Assembly (NCBI GenBank): GCA_027319565.1
Contig: DAHVNA010000002.1
Coordinates: forward strand, 1-64,000
Source of the DNA: Elusimicrobiota bacterium
GTDB taxonomy: Bacteria > Elusimicrobiota > Elusimicrobia > UBA1565 > UBA9628
Reading direction: 5' to 3'
Length of the DNA: 64,000 nt
The translations under genes and the position numbers were made by a program. Position 1 is the first letter of the stretch. Each line of letters begins with the position of its first letter. Positions 52,295 through 62,112 of the stretch are shown here, one piece after another. The notes under the pieces are model-generated. The model was not told the DNA's origin. It searched no databases and saw only the letters and a program-made list of their open reading frames with translations.

Positions 52295-53530
52295 TTACGC
52301 CTTTTTCTCAAGACTCGCTTTGGCTTTCGCGATAATTTTTGTCGCCATCTTATCGCTAATTCCTTCCACCTGGGTCAAGGACTCAACGCTGGATTCCGCA
52401 AGCTTATGGACGTCAGCCAAACCCGCGCGAGACAATAAATCCATCGTCTTAGCGCTTAAACCCTCAATTTGAAGAACAGGTCCTTCCTCCGGCTTTTTTT
52501 CTATTTGGGACTTAATCTCGATATTCCAACCAATCAACCGGGAAGCCAGATCTAAGTTTTGGCCTTCCTTGCCGATGGCAATCGCGAACTGCGATTCCGG
52601 AACAAAAGCGATCGCTTTCTTGGCCGCCGCATCGACGATTTTAACTTGAGAGACCACCGCCGGAGACAAGGCGTTTGAAATCAGCTTCCCAGGTTCATCA
52701 TTGTGGGCGATTAAATCAATTTTTTCTCCGGCTAGCTCATTCATCAAGCTGCGAATTCGAGAGCCGCGCAATCCCACGCAGGCCCCGACCGGATCAATTT
52801 GGGGATCGTTGGATTTCACCAAAACCTTCGCTCTAAAGCCGGGGTCGCGAACGATGGACACAATTGAAATCGTTTTATCTTTAATCTCCGGGACCTCAAT
52901 CTCAAGCAAGCGCTCCAAGAAAAGAGGGGCCGCCCTGGACAAAAGGATCTGCGGAGATTGAGAGGCCCGGTCAACTCTTAAGATGACGCAGCGAACGCTC
53001 ATTCCGACGTTGTAGCGCTCGCGGCGAATCTGCTCTCGCATGGGAATTACGCCTTCCACCTTTCCCAAATCTACGACGATCGTGCGCTCGATAAAACGAT
53101 GGACCGAACCCACGGTCAACTGGCCTTCTTTGGGCTTGAATTCATCGTAAAGCTTATCTCTCTCGGACTCCCGAACCTTTTGGGTCAAAAGCTGTTTCGC
53201 GGTCTGGGCCGCGATGCGGGCAAAATCGGCCGCGGGAGCGGGAAAACGAATTTCATCCCCGATCTGTGCGTCGGATTTTATTTTCCGCGCTTCTTCCAAA
53301 CTCATTTCCATTTCGGAATCAAGGACAGCATCCACCACTTTTTTAACGACGCGCGCTTGAAATTGCGCCGTCTCAGGGTCAATATTGGCCTCAATGACGG
53401 CGTTTTTGCCGACATATTTTCTCAACGAGCTGACCACCGCGCTCTCAATCATCTGGAGTATTTCGTTTTTGGGGATGCCCTTATCGCGCTCGATCTGTTC
53501 CAAAACAAGTATCAATTCCGATTTAGCCAT
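52295..53530 (-). CDS. nusA: Transcription termination/antitermination factor NusA
   Basis: RIAAQTAKQ, EVPEI, RDPGFRAK, DPVGACVG, AIGKEGQN; C-terminal HhH. Confidence 0.97.
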   Translation of the reverse strand: MAKSELILVLEQIERDKGIPKNEILQMIESAVVSSLRKYVGKNAVIEANIDPETAQFQARVVKKVVDAVLDSEMEMSLEEARKIKSDAQIGDEIRFPAPAADFARIAAQTAKQLLTQKVRESERDKLYDEFKPKEGQLTVGSVHRFIERTIVVDLGKVEGVIPMREQIRRERYNVGMSVRCVILRVDRASQSPQILLSRAAPLFLERLLEIEVPEIKDKTISIVSIVRDPGFRAKVLVKSNDPQIDPVGACVGLRGSRIRSLMNELAGEKIDLIAHNDEPGKLISNALSPAVVSQVKIVDAAAKKAIAFVPESQFAIAIGKEGQNLDLASRLIGWNIEIKSQIEKKPEEGPVLQIEGLSAKTMDLLSRAGLADVHKLAESSVESLTQVEGISDKMATKIIAKAKASLEKKA

Positions 53531-53532
53531 AT

Positions 53533-53994
53533 TTAAATAGACAGATGGGCGGCTTCGTTGAGGCGAGCCTCTTCAATCGCGCTGATATTGAAAGAGAAAG
53601 TTTTTCCCTCGCACTCGAAAGCCACCTGCCCCTCCTGGCATCCCCGAATAATTCCGGAGAAATTTCGACGTCCCTCCAAAGGCTCTTTTAATTGAATCTT
53701 GGCGGCCTTGCCGCTAAACCTCTGAAAATCTTTTTCTTTTTTGATAACGCGGTCGATTCCGGGGGAAGATACTTCGAGCACATAAGAAGCCGACAACGCT
53801 TTCGAAGAATCAAGCAGACTGCCGATGCGGTCCGAGAAATAGGCACAATCATCCAGAGAAACTCGCGGCGATTTATCGATATAAACCCTCAGAACCCATT
53901 GCGAACCTTCCCGGGCATATTCCAAATCCACCAATTCCGCTCCTTCCTGTTCAAGCAGTGGGCTAATCAGCGTCTCAATTTTTGATAGATCCAT
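53533..53994 (-). CDS. rimP: Ribosome maturation factor RimP
   Basis: LRVYIDK, SLDDC, YVLEVSSPGIDR; likely start ATG 53994. Confidence 0.95.
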   Translation of the reverse strand: MDLSKIETLISPLLEQEGAELVDLEYAREGSQWVLRVYIDKSPRVSLDDCAYFSDRIGSLLDSSKALSASYVLEVSSPGIDRVIKKEKDFQRFSGKAAKIQLKEPLEGRRNFSGIIRGCQEGQVAFECEGKTFSFNISAIEEARLNEAAHLSI

Positions 53995-54004
53995 AATCTG
54001 TTCC

Positions 54005-54038
54005 AAAAGCAAGGCCGCTCGAACTCCCGAGCGGCCTT
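54005..54038 (-). terminator. GC-rich hairpin plus short U tract in the rimP 5' leader (attenuator-like)
   Basis: AAGGCCGCTCG-GGAGTT-CGAGCGGCCTT then GCTTTT, between a TATAAT (54053-54048) and the rimP ATG. Confidence 0.7.
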
Positions 54039-54067
54039 AAGGCTCGTATTATATGTATTATTGTATC

Positions 54068-54973
54068 TTATTTTATGGGCGATTTCCCAAGATTTTCGGC
54101 GAAATTATAAAGCGCCTCCTTGATGCCCCTCATCAGAGGACCGACATCCTTTTCAAGACGCTCAGTCCTTAGCCCCGCCTTTAAGGGCCGCTTCGCTTTT
54201 TGTTTGAGCTCCGAGGTCGGTAATCCTTGAATCAAATTCGGGTCCAATTTAAGAATCCGCGCCGCCTCTCGGGCAAAATCAAGGCGGGAGACAAAATCAG
54301 AACCCGCGGCGTGGAAGATTCCGCGCGCGTCTATTTCAAGCAACTTCTCTAAGGCCAAGGCCAAATCAGGGGCATAGGTCGGCGTCGCCCATTGATCGGA
54401 AGGGACAAGCATCTTCTCTTTTTGAGAAAGCCTTTTGAGCAACTGCATCGCAAAATTGTTGCCTCCTTCCTGAAAACTATAGACCGTGGTCGTCCGAACC
54501 ACCAAGTTATTGTCTGAAACTTCTAAAACGGCTTGTTCCCCCTCAAGCTTGCTTTCCCCGTAAACATTGAGGGGACGGGTCTCAGCGTTTTCATCATAAG
54601 GGCCGGAAGTTCCGTCAAAAACATAATCAGTAGAAAGAAACACGAGCTTGCCGCCGGGAATTTTTTTCATCTCCCGGGCAATGTCAGCGGGAGATTTTAG
54701 ATTAATCTGAAAGGCTTTTTCTCGATCGGATTCGCAGCCATCGACATTCGTCATAGCCCCGCAGATAATGGCGATGTCCGGGCGAACGCGAGAAACCACC
54801 GCCACAGCTTCTCCTTCTTGGGACAAATCAAGAGGCAGGAGTTCAGAACTCAAGCGAGAAAAACCCGTGCCCATGACCTGATATTTCTCTCCGGAAAAGA
54901 CCTTAAGACACAAACGCCCTAATTGGCCGGTCGCCCCGATAATTAAAACTTTTTTAGTCCGAGAATTAAACAT
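54068..54973 (-). CDS. dTDP-4-dehydrorhamnose reductase-like SDR (RmlD family)
   Basis: GATGQLG, TNVDGCE, STDYVFDG, YGESK, DQWATPT. Confidence 0.88.
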   Translation of the reverse strand: MFNSRTKKVLIIGATGQLGRLCLKVFSGEKYQVMGTGFSRLSSELLPLDLSQEGEAVAVVSRVRPDIAIICGAMTNVDGCESDREKAFQINLKSPADIAREMKKIPGGKLVFLSTDYVFDGTSGPYDENAETRPLNVYGESKLEGEQAVLEVSDNNLVVRTTTVYSFQEGGNNFAMQLLKRLSQKEKMLVPSDQWATPTYAPDLALALEKLLEIDARGIFHAAGSDFVSRLDFAREAARILKLDPNLIQGLPTSELKQKAKRPLKAGLRTERLEKDVGPLMRGIKEALYNFAENLGKSPIK

Positions 54974-55015
54974 CGTTTCATTCTAACAAATGATTAAATT
55001 TGATAGTATAAAATC

Positions 55016-55849
55016 GTGCTTTGTCTCCTTCTGTATTTTTTATTTCCCGCCCTAACATCGCCTTTGAAAGCGGGCGCTTTAGGAAGCTCCTCTGACCTCG
55101 CCCTCTATTCTCTATGGCCGCAATCTCCCGCTCCTATTCCCCTGCCCAACCCTTGGAACCGACAAGTCCTTCCGGATTTTTCCCCATCCCCCGCAAAAAC
55201 TTCCGACTCTAAAAGTCCCGCGGTCTTTGTGCGCCTCAAATTAAGCATGAAAACCAAGGAAAGCCTAAAAGATTCTCTGATCGATCTGGGCTCACAAGCG
55301 GGGTTTCACCCCGATGCCCGGTTTAATCCCGTGGTAGATGGACCGTCCCAAAAAGCCTTTATCTGGGGATGGATTCTTCCCTCCAATATTAAGCAGGTGG
55401 CCAAACTTCCAACGGTCGAGAAAATATCCTTTTCCGATCACAAGCGCGAAGCCATGTCCCCTTCTTCTCAAGAAACCCTCATCGTCGGGCTCGAGGTCAA
55501 TTCCTCTGTCTCTCAAACCCTGTCGGAGGATCTTCCCCGAATCGTCAAAAATACCGAGTTTAAAGTCCAAAAAACAATCGGATATCAACCCATTCCCCAA
55601 TCCGATAAAATCGCCATCCTCTTCTTAGGAAAAATTTCGATATCCAATATCGACAAACTTCTCAATCAACGAAATGTCGTGAAGGTATTGCCGCTCATGT
55701 CGCAGTCCAAAAGCGTTTCTCTCAGCAAGGTCAAAAACCCATTGCCTCCTGCTGTAAGCGCGGTGGACCAATTAATGTTTTGGGGCGGAGCCGCGGGGCT
55801 CTTGATTGGGGGTTGTTTGTTCTATCTGTTAAGACTCATAAGTTCATAA
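55016..55849 (+). CDS. Hypothetical exported protein with C-terminal TM and an internal repeat
   Basis: Signal peptide; repeats IWGWILPSNIKQVAKLPTVEKI and FLGKISISNIDKLLNQRNVVKV; C-terminal TM. Confidence 0.6.
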   Translation: MLCLLLYFLFPALTSPLKAGALGSSSDLALYSLWPQSPAPIPLPNPWNRQVLPDFSPSPAKTSDSKSPAVFVRLKLSMKTKESLKDSLIDLGSQAGFHPDARFNPVVDGPSQKAFIWGWILPSNIKQVAKLPTVEKISFSDHKREAMSPSSQETLIVGLEVNSSVSQTLSEDLPRIVKNTEFKVQKTIGYQPIPQSDKIAILFLGKISISNIDKLLNQRNVVKVLPLMSQSKSVSLSKVKNPLPPAVSAVDQLMFWGGAAGLLIGGCLFYLLRLISS

Positions 55850-55855
55850 TCTTCA

Positions 55856-56614
55856 ATGAAAAGGCGTTTCTCTGCGGCTTTTTTGCTTGGAATCATTCTC
55901 GGTCTCGGGGGAGAAACTCTTCTTCTATCAAAAACCGCCTCCGGGAATTTCGCCGATAATTTGAGGAAAGATTTTCGCGTGCTTTTCTTTATGCCGGAAA
56001 AATCCTTGCCGCAGACACTTTTAAACGCTCAAAAATCAGTGGGCGAAATACCCGGAACCCAATCCTCCATTTTAATTTCTCCCAAAAAAGCTCTCTCTAT
56101 TCTCCAAAAAGAAGATCCGGAATTAGCGCAAAATCTTTCTTTCTTGACCGCCAATCCAATAGAGCCAATGATCGAAGCGACTCTAAACAAGGACGGCCTT
56201 CTCTCTTTTGAATCCTGGATATCTCAAGCCGCCGCTCTGCAAAAATGGACCGAAATACGCTATCAGCCGGAAGAGCTCAAATCTATTTTAAGACTGGGAT
56301 TATATCTGCGTTTCCTGACCGTGGCGCTGACCGCTCTTTTATGCCTTTCTTCTCTTCTGCTAGTTTTAGGAGTGCTTTTTCCTCTCATCGTTTTCTCAAA
56401 GCGCTCTCCGCATAAGATGCTTGAGCTTCTTTCTCTTAGCGCGAAGACTTTCGGGGTTTGCCTTATCGGCGTTTGTATCGGCGGAATTTTCTCCGCCGCT
56501 TTTGCCTGGCCCTTGGGCCGAACCGTAGAGTGGTGGAGGTGGCCCACCCTGTTGACTCAAGCGATCTTCATTCTTCCAACCGCCCTTGCCGGCGCGATTC
56601 TATGCGTTTGGTAA
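55856..56614 (+). CDS. ftsX: FtsX-like permease
   Basis: TM, periplasmic domain (ISPKKAL, NPI), further TMs; precedes an envC-like gene. Confidence 0.65.
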   Translation: MKRRFSAAFLLGIILGLGGETLLLSKTASGNFADNLRKDFRVLFFMPEKSLPQTLLNAQKSVGEIPGTQSSILISPKKALSILQKEDPELAQNLSFLTANPIEPMIEATLNKDGLLSFESWISQAAALQKWTEIRYQPEELKSILRLGLYLRFLTVALTALLCLSSLLLVLGVLFPLIVFSKRSPHKMLELLSLSAKTFGVCLIGVCIGGIFSAAFAWPLGRTVEWWRWPTLLTQAIFILPTALAGAILCVW

Positions 56615-57708
56615 TCATCTCGTGGCTATTTTTATCTCCCGCCGCCCACGCCAAACCCCTTAGCCGAAAACTGGGCGAGATCAAAAAAGAAATTCTTGAA
56701 ACCAGAAGGGAAATCCGCCATTACCAAAAAACGGAAATCCGCTTAAAAAAAGATTCTGAATTTCTCAAGCGAAAGCATTTGACCAATCAAAAAATGCTTG
56801 AGCGCTTAAACAAACTGGAAACCTCCGTCAAAAACAAGGAGCAGGATCTCGCCCTTCAATTAAAATCCCTGCAAGAGGATTCCAATTTCTGGTCCGAAGA
56901 ATTGAAAAAAAATATCCGGGCTTATTTTTCCGATATCGAAACCGGTCGAGGATATCAAAGCGTCGATTTTCTTCAGCAGGAACAATTCTTGCGTTTTTCT
57001 CTCATCAATGATTCTGTCATGCTCAAGGCGCTCAGCGGAAGCGCTCGAAAGACCGTCCAGGCCAAGCAGAAAACGGATGCGGTCAAAGAGGGAATTATCG
57101 CGCAAAGCCAAAAAGCCATCGCCCAAAACAAAAAACTCTCAGCCTCCTTTTCCCGCGAACAATCCCTAATCCAAAGCGTCTCCGAGAAAAAATCCGAGGC
57201 GTTAAAAAGAGAAAAGAAATTAGAAGAGTCGGAAAAGGCCCTGACACTCTTATTAAAAAAATTCAACCGACGAAGAAAAACGCGCCCCATCAGAAAAATT
57301 TATCGTCCGCGCCCGGTCATAGGCCCCCATTCCCTCTCCTGGCCCGCGCGCGGCAAAGTTATTGATTTCTTTGGAAAGGAGAAAAATCCCGAGCTGGGAA
57401 CCTGGGTGATTCATCAGGGAATACTCCTTGAAACTTCCCCTCATTCGCCGGTCCATAATGTCGCCCTAGGCCGGGTTATCTTTGCCGGGCCTTTTCGCTC
57501 TTATGGACAAATCGTGATTGTCGACTGCGGCCATGAATTTTTCGCCATCTACGGGCATCTCGGGTCCATTCTCGCGAAAACCGGGGAAATGGTGGGGCGA
57601 GGACAAATCATTGGGACCAGCTCTTTGAACCCGCGCTCTGGAAATTTATATTTTGAGCTTCGGCAAGGAACGACCGCGCTTAACCCGCTTGGCTGGTTGA
57701 AAAAATAA
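56602..57708 (+). CDS. envC: EnvC-like murein hydrolase activator (coiled coil + M23)
   Basis: Likely start ATG 56602; WPARGKVI, HQGI, YGQIVIVD, YGHL, LYFELR, NPLGWL. Confidence 0.85.
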   Translation: MRLVIISWLFLSPAAHAKPLSRKLGEIKKEILETRREIRHYQKTEIRLKKDSEFLKRKHLTNQKMLERLNKLETSVKNKEQDLALQLKSLQEDSNFWSEELKKNIRAYFSDIETGRGYQSVDFLQQEQFLRFSLINDSVMLKALSGSARKTVQAKQKTDAVKEGIIAQSQKAIAQNKKLSASFSREQSLIQSVSEKKSEALKREKKLEESEKALTLLLKKFNRRRKTRPIRKIYRPRPVIGPHSLSWPARGKVIDFFGKEKNPELGTWVIHQGILLETSPHSPVHNVALGRVIFAGPFRSYGQIVIVDCGHEFFAIYGHLGSILAKTGEMVGRGQIIGTSSLNPRSGNLYFELRQGTTALNPLGWLKK

Positions 57709-57709
57709 T

Positions 57710-59047
57710 ATGATGATAGAGATGATCCGCTTAGACAAAATGAGCCGAACCCTCCTGATTATTTCTTTTTTCGCCGCGACTCTTTGTCTGCCCGCCCAAA
57801 GCCAGGTCGTTGTCTCCTCCGCTTCTCAGCAGGGGCTTTCCGGAGACGAGACCTACAAGAAAATTAAAACCTTGGTCGATGTCCTCCATTACATTCGCGA
57901 AGACTATGTCGATCCGGTTTCAACCAAGCAATTAATGGACGGAGCTTTATCGGGCATGGTTGACACACTGGATCCTTTCTCTCAATATCTGGGCGTTGAA
58001 GCGGCCGGAGAAATGGACACCGAAACCAAGGGGAATTTTGACGGGGTCGGGCTTCAGCTCAATGTCGATGGAGATTGGCTCACGGTCATTACCCCGATCC
58101 CGGGAACCCCCGCCTACAGCGCTGGCATCTTGCCGGGAGATCGTTTGTCGGCGGTCAACGGGCAAAGCACCAAGGATGAAACGCTCAATCAGATTCAAAA
58201 AGATCTTCGGGGAAAGCCCGGCAGCCAGGTCGCCTTGACGGTGTTGCGAAAAGTTCCGGAGGGAAATTCCGAAATCTGGAAGCCCCTGAATTTTACGGTC
58301 GAAAGAAAAAAAATAAAAATAGAAAGCGTTCACTCTCAGATGCTTCCCAATCAGATCGGATATATCCGAATCGTGGAATTTAACGCCAACACCGCCCGAG
58401 ACACCTTGACGGCTCTTAATTCTTTGAAAAAACAAGGGATGACGAGTCTTATTTTGGATCTCAGAAATAATCCTGGCGGGCTTTTGTCCTCCGCCGTTCA
58501 GATTGCCTCATACTTCCTAGCCGGGAAAAAGTTAATCGTCTACACGCAGGGAAGAAAACCCGACGACCGCGAGGAATTTAGAAGCTTTGAGACCGCCCCA
58601 TTTCCCGATCTTCCGATGATCGTTTTAGTCAACGGCGGATCCGCCTCAGCGGCCGAAATCGTTTCCGGAGCGCTTCAAGACAATCACCGCGCTCTATTGG
58701 TCGGCATGCGCACCTATGGAAAAGCCAGTGTCCAATCCATCATCCCGCTCGATGACGGCTCCAGCCTTCGCCTGACGATCGCTCGTTACTATACCCCGTC
58801 CGGGCGTTCGATTCAGCGCAACGAGACAAACCACACCGGAGGAATTTTGCCCGACATTATCGTCAAGGTTCCTCCCGATATTGAAGCCAAACTTTACGAT
58901 CAGTGGGATATGATTTACGCGAAAAATCAAAAACCTCACTCCCTGGTCAAGAAAAAATACCGCGTTCCGGACAAAATTCTCGACCGCGCCGAAGAAATTC
59001 TCAAAGCCCGCAGCATTTTAGGAACGCAAGGAAACGCCGCCCCTTGA
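57710..59047 (+). CDS. ctpA: S41 carboxy-terminal processing protease
   Basis: LDPFSQY, PDZ domain, DLRNNPGGLL, SASAAEIV, GKASVQ, YYTPSG. Confidence 0.93.
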   Translation: MMIEMIRLDKMSRTLLIISFFAATLCLPAQSQVVVSSASQQGLSGDETYKKIKTLVDVLHYIREDYVDPVSTKQLMDGALSGMVDTLDPFSQYLGVEAAGEMDTETKGNFDGVGLQLNVDGDWLTVITPIPGTPAYSAGILPGDRLSAVNGQSTKDETLNQIQKDLRGKPGSQVALTVLRKVPEGNSEIWKPLNFTVERKKIKIESVHSQMLPNQIGYIRIVEFNANTARDTLTALNSLKKQGMTSLILDLRNNPGGLLSSAVQIASYFLAGKKLIVYTQGRKPDDREEFRSFETAPFPDLPMIVLVNGGSASAAEIVSGALQDNHRALLVGMRTYGKASVQSIIPLDDGSSLRLTIARYYTPSGRSIQRNETNHTGGILPDIIVKVPPDIEAKLYDQWDMIYAKNQKPHSLVKKKYRVPDKILDRAEEILKARSILGTQGNAAP

Positions 59048-60087
59048 AAGTTCTGGGAATTGAAACCTCTTGCGATGAAACCTCGGCCGCGGTGGTCGAT
59101 CAAAAGCGGGGAATTTTGTCGAATGTCGTAATTTCTCAAATCCCTCTTCATCGCCCTTTTCAAGGCGTCGTTCCCGAGTTAGCCTCAAGAGCCCATTTCA
59201 AAAAAATCGCGCCGGTCATAGAAGAAGCGTGCCTAAAGGCCGGAATTAAACGGCCGGACGCCGTCGCTTTTACCCAAGGTCCAGGCCTCATGGGATCTCT
59301 TCTGGTGGGAAGAGTCGCCGCCGAGACGCTCGGAAGGATTTGGGATTGTCCCGTCATCGGAATTAACCATCTGGAAGGGCATATTTTCGCCGCCGAACTA
59401 GAGGGGAAAATTCGTTTTCCGTTATTGGCTCTCATTGTTTCAGGAGGACATACCGATTTAGTTCTAGTTTTTAAGCCCGGCCAATACCGGGTTTTAGGCC
59501 GGACCCGCGATGATGCCGCCGGAGAATGCTACGACAAGGTGGCCAAGATATTGGGACTGGGCTATCCCGGCGGCCCCATCATCGACCGACTGGCCAAGAC
59601 CGGAGACAAGAACTCTATTATTTTTCCGCGTCCCTATCTTGAGGGAACTTTCGATTTTTCTTTTTCGGGGCTTAAGACCGCTCTTCTCTATCACATCAAC
59701 AAACGCCTTAAAAGGCCGATGAACGCCAAAATTAAAAGCTTGAAAAAGCCGATTTTAACGCCGGGAGAAATTTCAAACATTTGCGCCTCATTTCAAGAAG
59801 CCGTCTGCGAAACCCTCGTTCATAAGACTCTGGACGCCGCTCAAAAATTTAAAATCCGCCAAATCGTCGTTGGGGGCGGCGTTTCCGCCAATAGCCGCTT
59901 AAGAGAAATGTTTATCGAGAAATGCCAAAATCAACAAATTGCCGTCAGCCTTTCCTCTCTAAAACTCTGCACCGATAATGGCGCGATGATCGCCCAAGTC
60001 GCCATTCATAAACTCTCATCAAAAACTAAAAAACGCGCTTTAACCAATAAAAGCGATCCGGCTCTTCCTTTTAAGAATTGGGCTTAG
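59044..60087 (+). CDS. tsaD: tRNA threonylcarbamoyltransferase TsaD
   Basis: LGIETSCDET, GVVPELASRAH, NHLEGH, VSGGHT, DDAAGE, CTDNGAMI; TTG start at 59044. Confidence 0.96.
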   Translation: MKVLGIETSCDETSAAVVDQKRGILSNVVISQIPLHRPFQGVVPELASRAHFKKIAPVIEEACLKAGIKRPDAVAFTQGPGLMGSLLVGRVAAETLGRIWDCPVIGINHLEGHIFAAELEGKIRFPLLALIVSGGHTDLVLVFKPGQYRVLGRTRDDAAGECYDKVAKILGLGYPGGPIIDRLAKTGDKNSIIFPRPYLEGTFDFSFSGLKTALLYHINKRLKRPMNAKIKSLKKPILTPGEISNICASFQEAVCETLVHKTLDAAQKFKIRQIVVGGGVSANSRLREMFIEKCQNQQIAVSLSSLKLCTDNGAMIAQVAIHKLSSKTKKRALTNKSDPALPFKNWA

Positions 60088-60109
60088 GGCTCGCTACGAA
60101 CGAAGGGCG

Positions 60110-61216
60110 TCAGAAATGGACTAATTTTTTGAGCCGGGGCATAGGCTCCATTCCCAAGCCGGATTGGACTTTCGAGAGATCATAAAGACCTTTGCGTCCG
60201 ATAGACGGCCCTTTCCAGAGTTTTTGAGAAAACCACAGCGGGGTGTCCAAATCCACAAAACTAAAATCTCCCCGGCCGCAGGCAAAATGGGCGGAGGTGG
60301 TCATCGCCAAGGCGGTCTCAATATTTCCGCCAATCATCAAAATCTTTCCTTTCTTTCGAGCCAAATCCGCGATTTTAATATTCTCGATGATTCCGCATTT
60401 CATGAGCTTGATATTGACGGCGGAAGGAAAAGGGCGGCGAAACAAATTCTGAACGGCTTTAAAGCTATAGGCGGATTCATCCGCGCAGACGGAAACCCCG
60501 CCGTATTTTTCGACGTCAAAAAGGCCGTCCAAATCTTCTCTTTTGACCGGCTGCTCGAAAAGAGCCGGCAAAATCCCGCGCTTTTTTAAGCGCATAAGAA
60601 AATCAAGGGCCTTTTTTGCGGAATAGCCCTGATTGGCATCGATAATGAGTCTCGCCTTCGGCGCCTCCACAAGAACCGCCAAGACCCGCTTTTCATCCTC
60701 ATCTAAATCGCATCCCACCTTGATTTTAATTGTCTGAACCCCCAAGCGCGCGATTTTCCGCGCCGCCAGGCGAGATTTCTCCGGCGAAATCAAGGTCACC
60801 GTCACATCCGAAAAAACGCTTTTTTTCGCGTCGCCTAAAAAAGACCTTAAAGGGATTTTTTTAAACCGAGTCCAGGCATCCAAGATCGCCATCTGAATGG
60901 CCGCTCGCGCGGCCCCGCGCTCCGGCGGCATTCGCGAATCGAGTTTTTTTAAAAAAGCTCCGACATCGGCGATCTCTTTTCCCTCCAAGAATGAAATTTG
61001 TTCCGACAGCGCAAGGTAAGTCAAATCTTGACTGTCTCCGTTAAAGGTCGTAGAGGGAGCCCCTTCGCCGTATCCGACAGTTCCGTCTTTAAGACGCACG
61101 CGAACTAAGACGTTACTGGTCGCGCTTTGAGATCCCGAGGAAATGGGAAACGGCTCGTTTAAGGGTTCATTGAGTCGCGCGATTGAAACTTGAGAGAGGA
61201 CGGGGAAATCTCTCAT
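60110..61216 (-). CDS. Dipeptide (L-Ala-D/L-Glu) epimerase, enolase superfamily
   Basis: GYGEGAP, KIKVG, DANQGY, EQP, ADES, NIKLMKCG, DLD. Confidence 0.88.
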   Translation of the reverse strand: MRDFPVLSQVSIARLNEPLNEPFPISSGSQSATSNVLVRVRLKDGTVGYGEGAPSTTFNGDSQDLTYLALSEQISFLEGKEIADVGAFLKKLDSRMPPERGAARAAIQMAILDAWTRFKKIPLRSFLGDAKKSVFSDVTVTLISPEKSRLAARKIARLGVQTIKIKVGCDLDEDEKRVLAVLVEAPKARLIIDANQGYSAKKALDFLMRLKKRGILPALFEQPVKREDLDGLFDVEKYGGVSVCADESAYSFKAVQNLFRRPFPSAVNIKLMKCGIIENIKIADLARKKGKILMIGGNIETALAMTTSAHFACGRGDFSFVDLDTPLWFSQKLWKGPSIGRKGLYDLSKVQSGLGMEPMPRLKKLVHF

Positions 61217-62112
61217 TGGGGAATCAATAGAATCTGCGCCAATTCGCCCAATCTCTCGCTATTTAAATTAAGACCTGCGTTTTGGTAAACCGCCATTAAA
61301 TTGCGCAAAAGCCGCATTAAAATATGCGAATGAGAGACCGGTCTTAAAACGCTGGGATCATAACTAAACCCATTTTGGGCCAAACGCTTGCGCATCCCAG
61401 CGACGTCGAGTGTTTTATTTAAAATCGGGTCCCAAAACAAAGACGGACGCCCGAGTCCGACGATAAAATGGCCTGGAAGCCCAATTCCGAAAGCCGGAAT
61501 CTTAAGCCGACGCGCCAATATCAAAAAAAGAATGGACAAGCTGAGAGGCGTTCCCCGCCGCATTTCAATGACCCGATTTAAATAATTATTGTCCGGATCG
61601 TAATAGTTTTCCTCATTGACGCGAAAACCCATGGCATTGGAGAGAAACGAGTGGAGGCGCTTAAAGGCCGTCATCGAATTTTCAGACGAGGAGATATCGC
61701 TTCTAATTTTACCGGCGACATGGTCCAGCCATTTGCGATAGACCTTTTCATCAAGAAGCGGATAGGCAAAGCGCGCGATCAAAAAAGCCCCCTTTTCCAA
61801 ATCTCTCTTGGCCTCGCTTAAACGCGCGAACTCCTCAAATTCCTTTTTAATCTCTCCAAAGACAATGTCCGAGATAAGCCCTTTGGCCTTTTCAAAAAGC
61901 GCGGGATGCGTTCGCTCCAAACCCATTAAATAAGGGAGAATCGGCGCTCCAATTTTAAGGATATGGTCTCGCACCAAGAGGGCGCTGTTGGGGTCCTCGT
62001 CTTCAAGAAGCAAGACTAGACTTCTCAAATTGCGCTCTTTTCCGGTTCTTCCCGCGCGCGCCTTTGTTTTCTCCATACTGGATATTGTATCCCCTGCTAC
62101 TGACTTTTTCAA
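61213..62112 (-). CDS. SirB1/transglutaminase-like protein
   Basis: YYDPDNNYLNRVIEMRRGTPLSLS, GLPGHF, RLLRNL; start may be ATG 62076. Confidence 0.85.
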   Translation of the reverse strand: MKKSVAGDTISSMEKTKARAGRTGKERNLRSLVLLLEDEDPNSALLVRDHILKIGAPILPYLMGLERTHPALFEKAKGLISDIVFGEIKKEFEEFARLSEAKRDLEKGAFLIARFAYPLLDEKVYRKWLDHVAGKIRSDISSSENSMTAFKRLHSFLSNAMGFRVNEENYYDPDNNYLNRVIEMRRGTPLSLSILFLILARRLKIPAFGIGLPGHFIVGLGRPSLFWDPILNKTLDVAGMRKRLAQNGFSYDPSVLRPVSHSHILMRLLRNLMAVYQNAGLNLNSERLGELAQILLIPQ

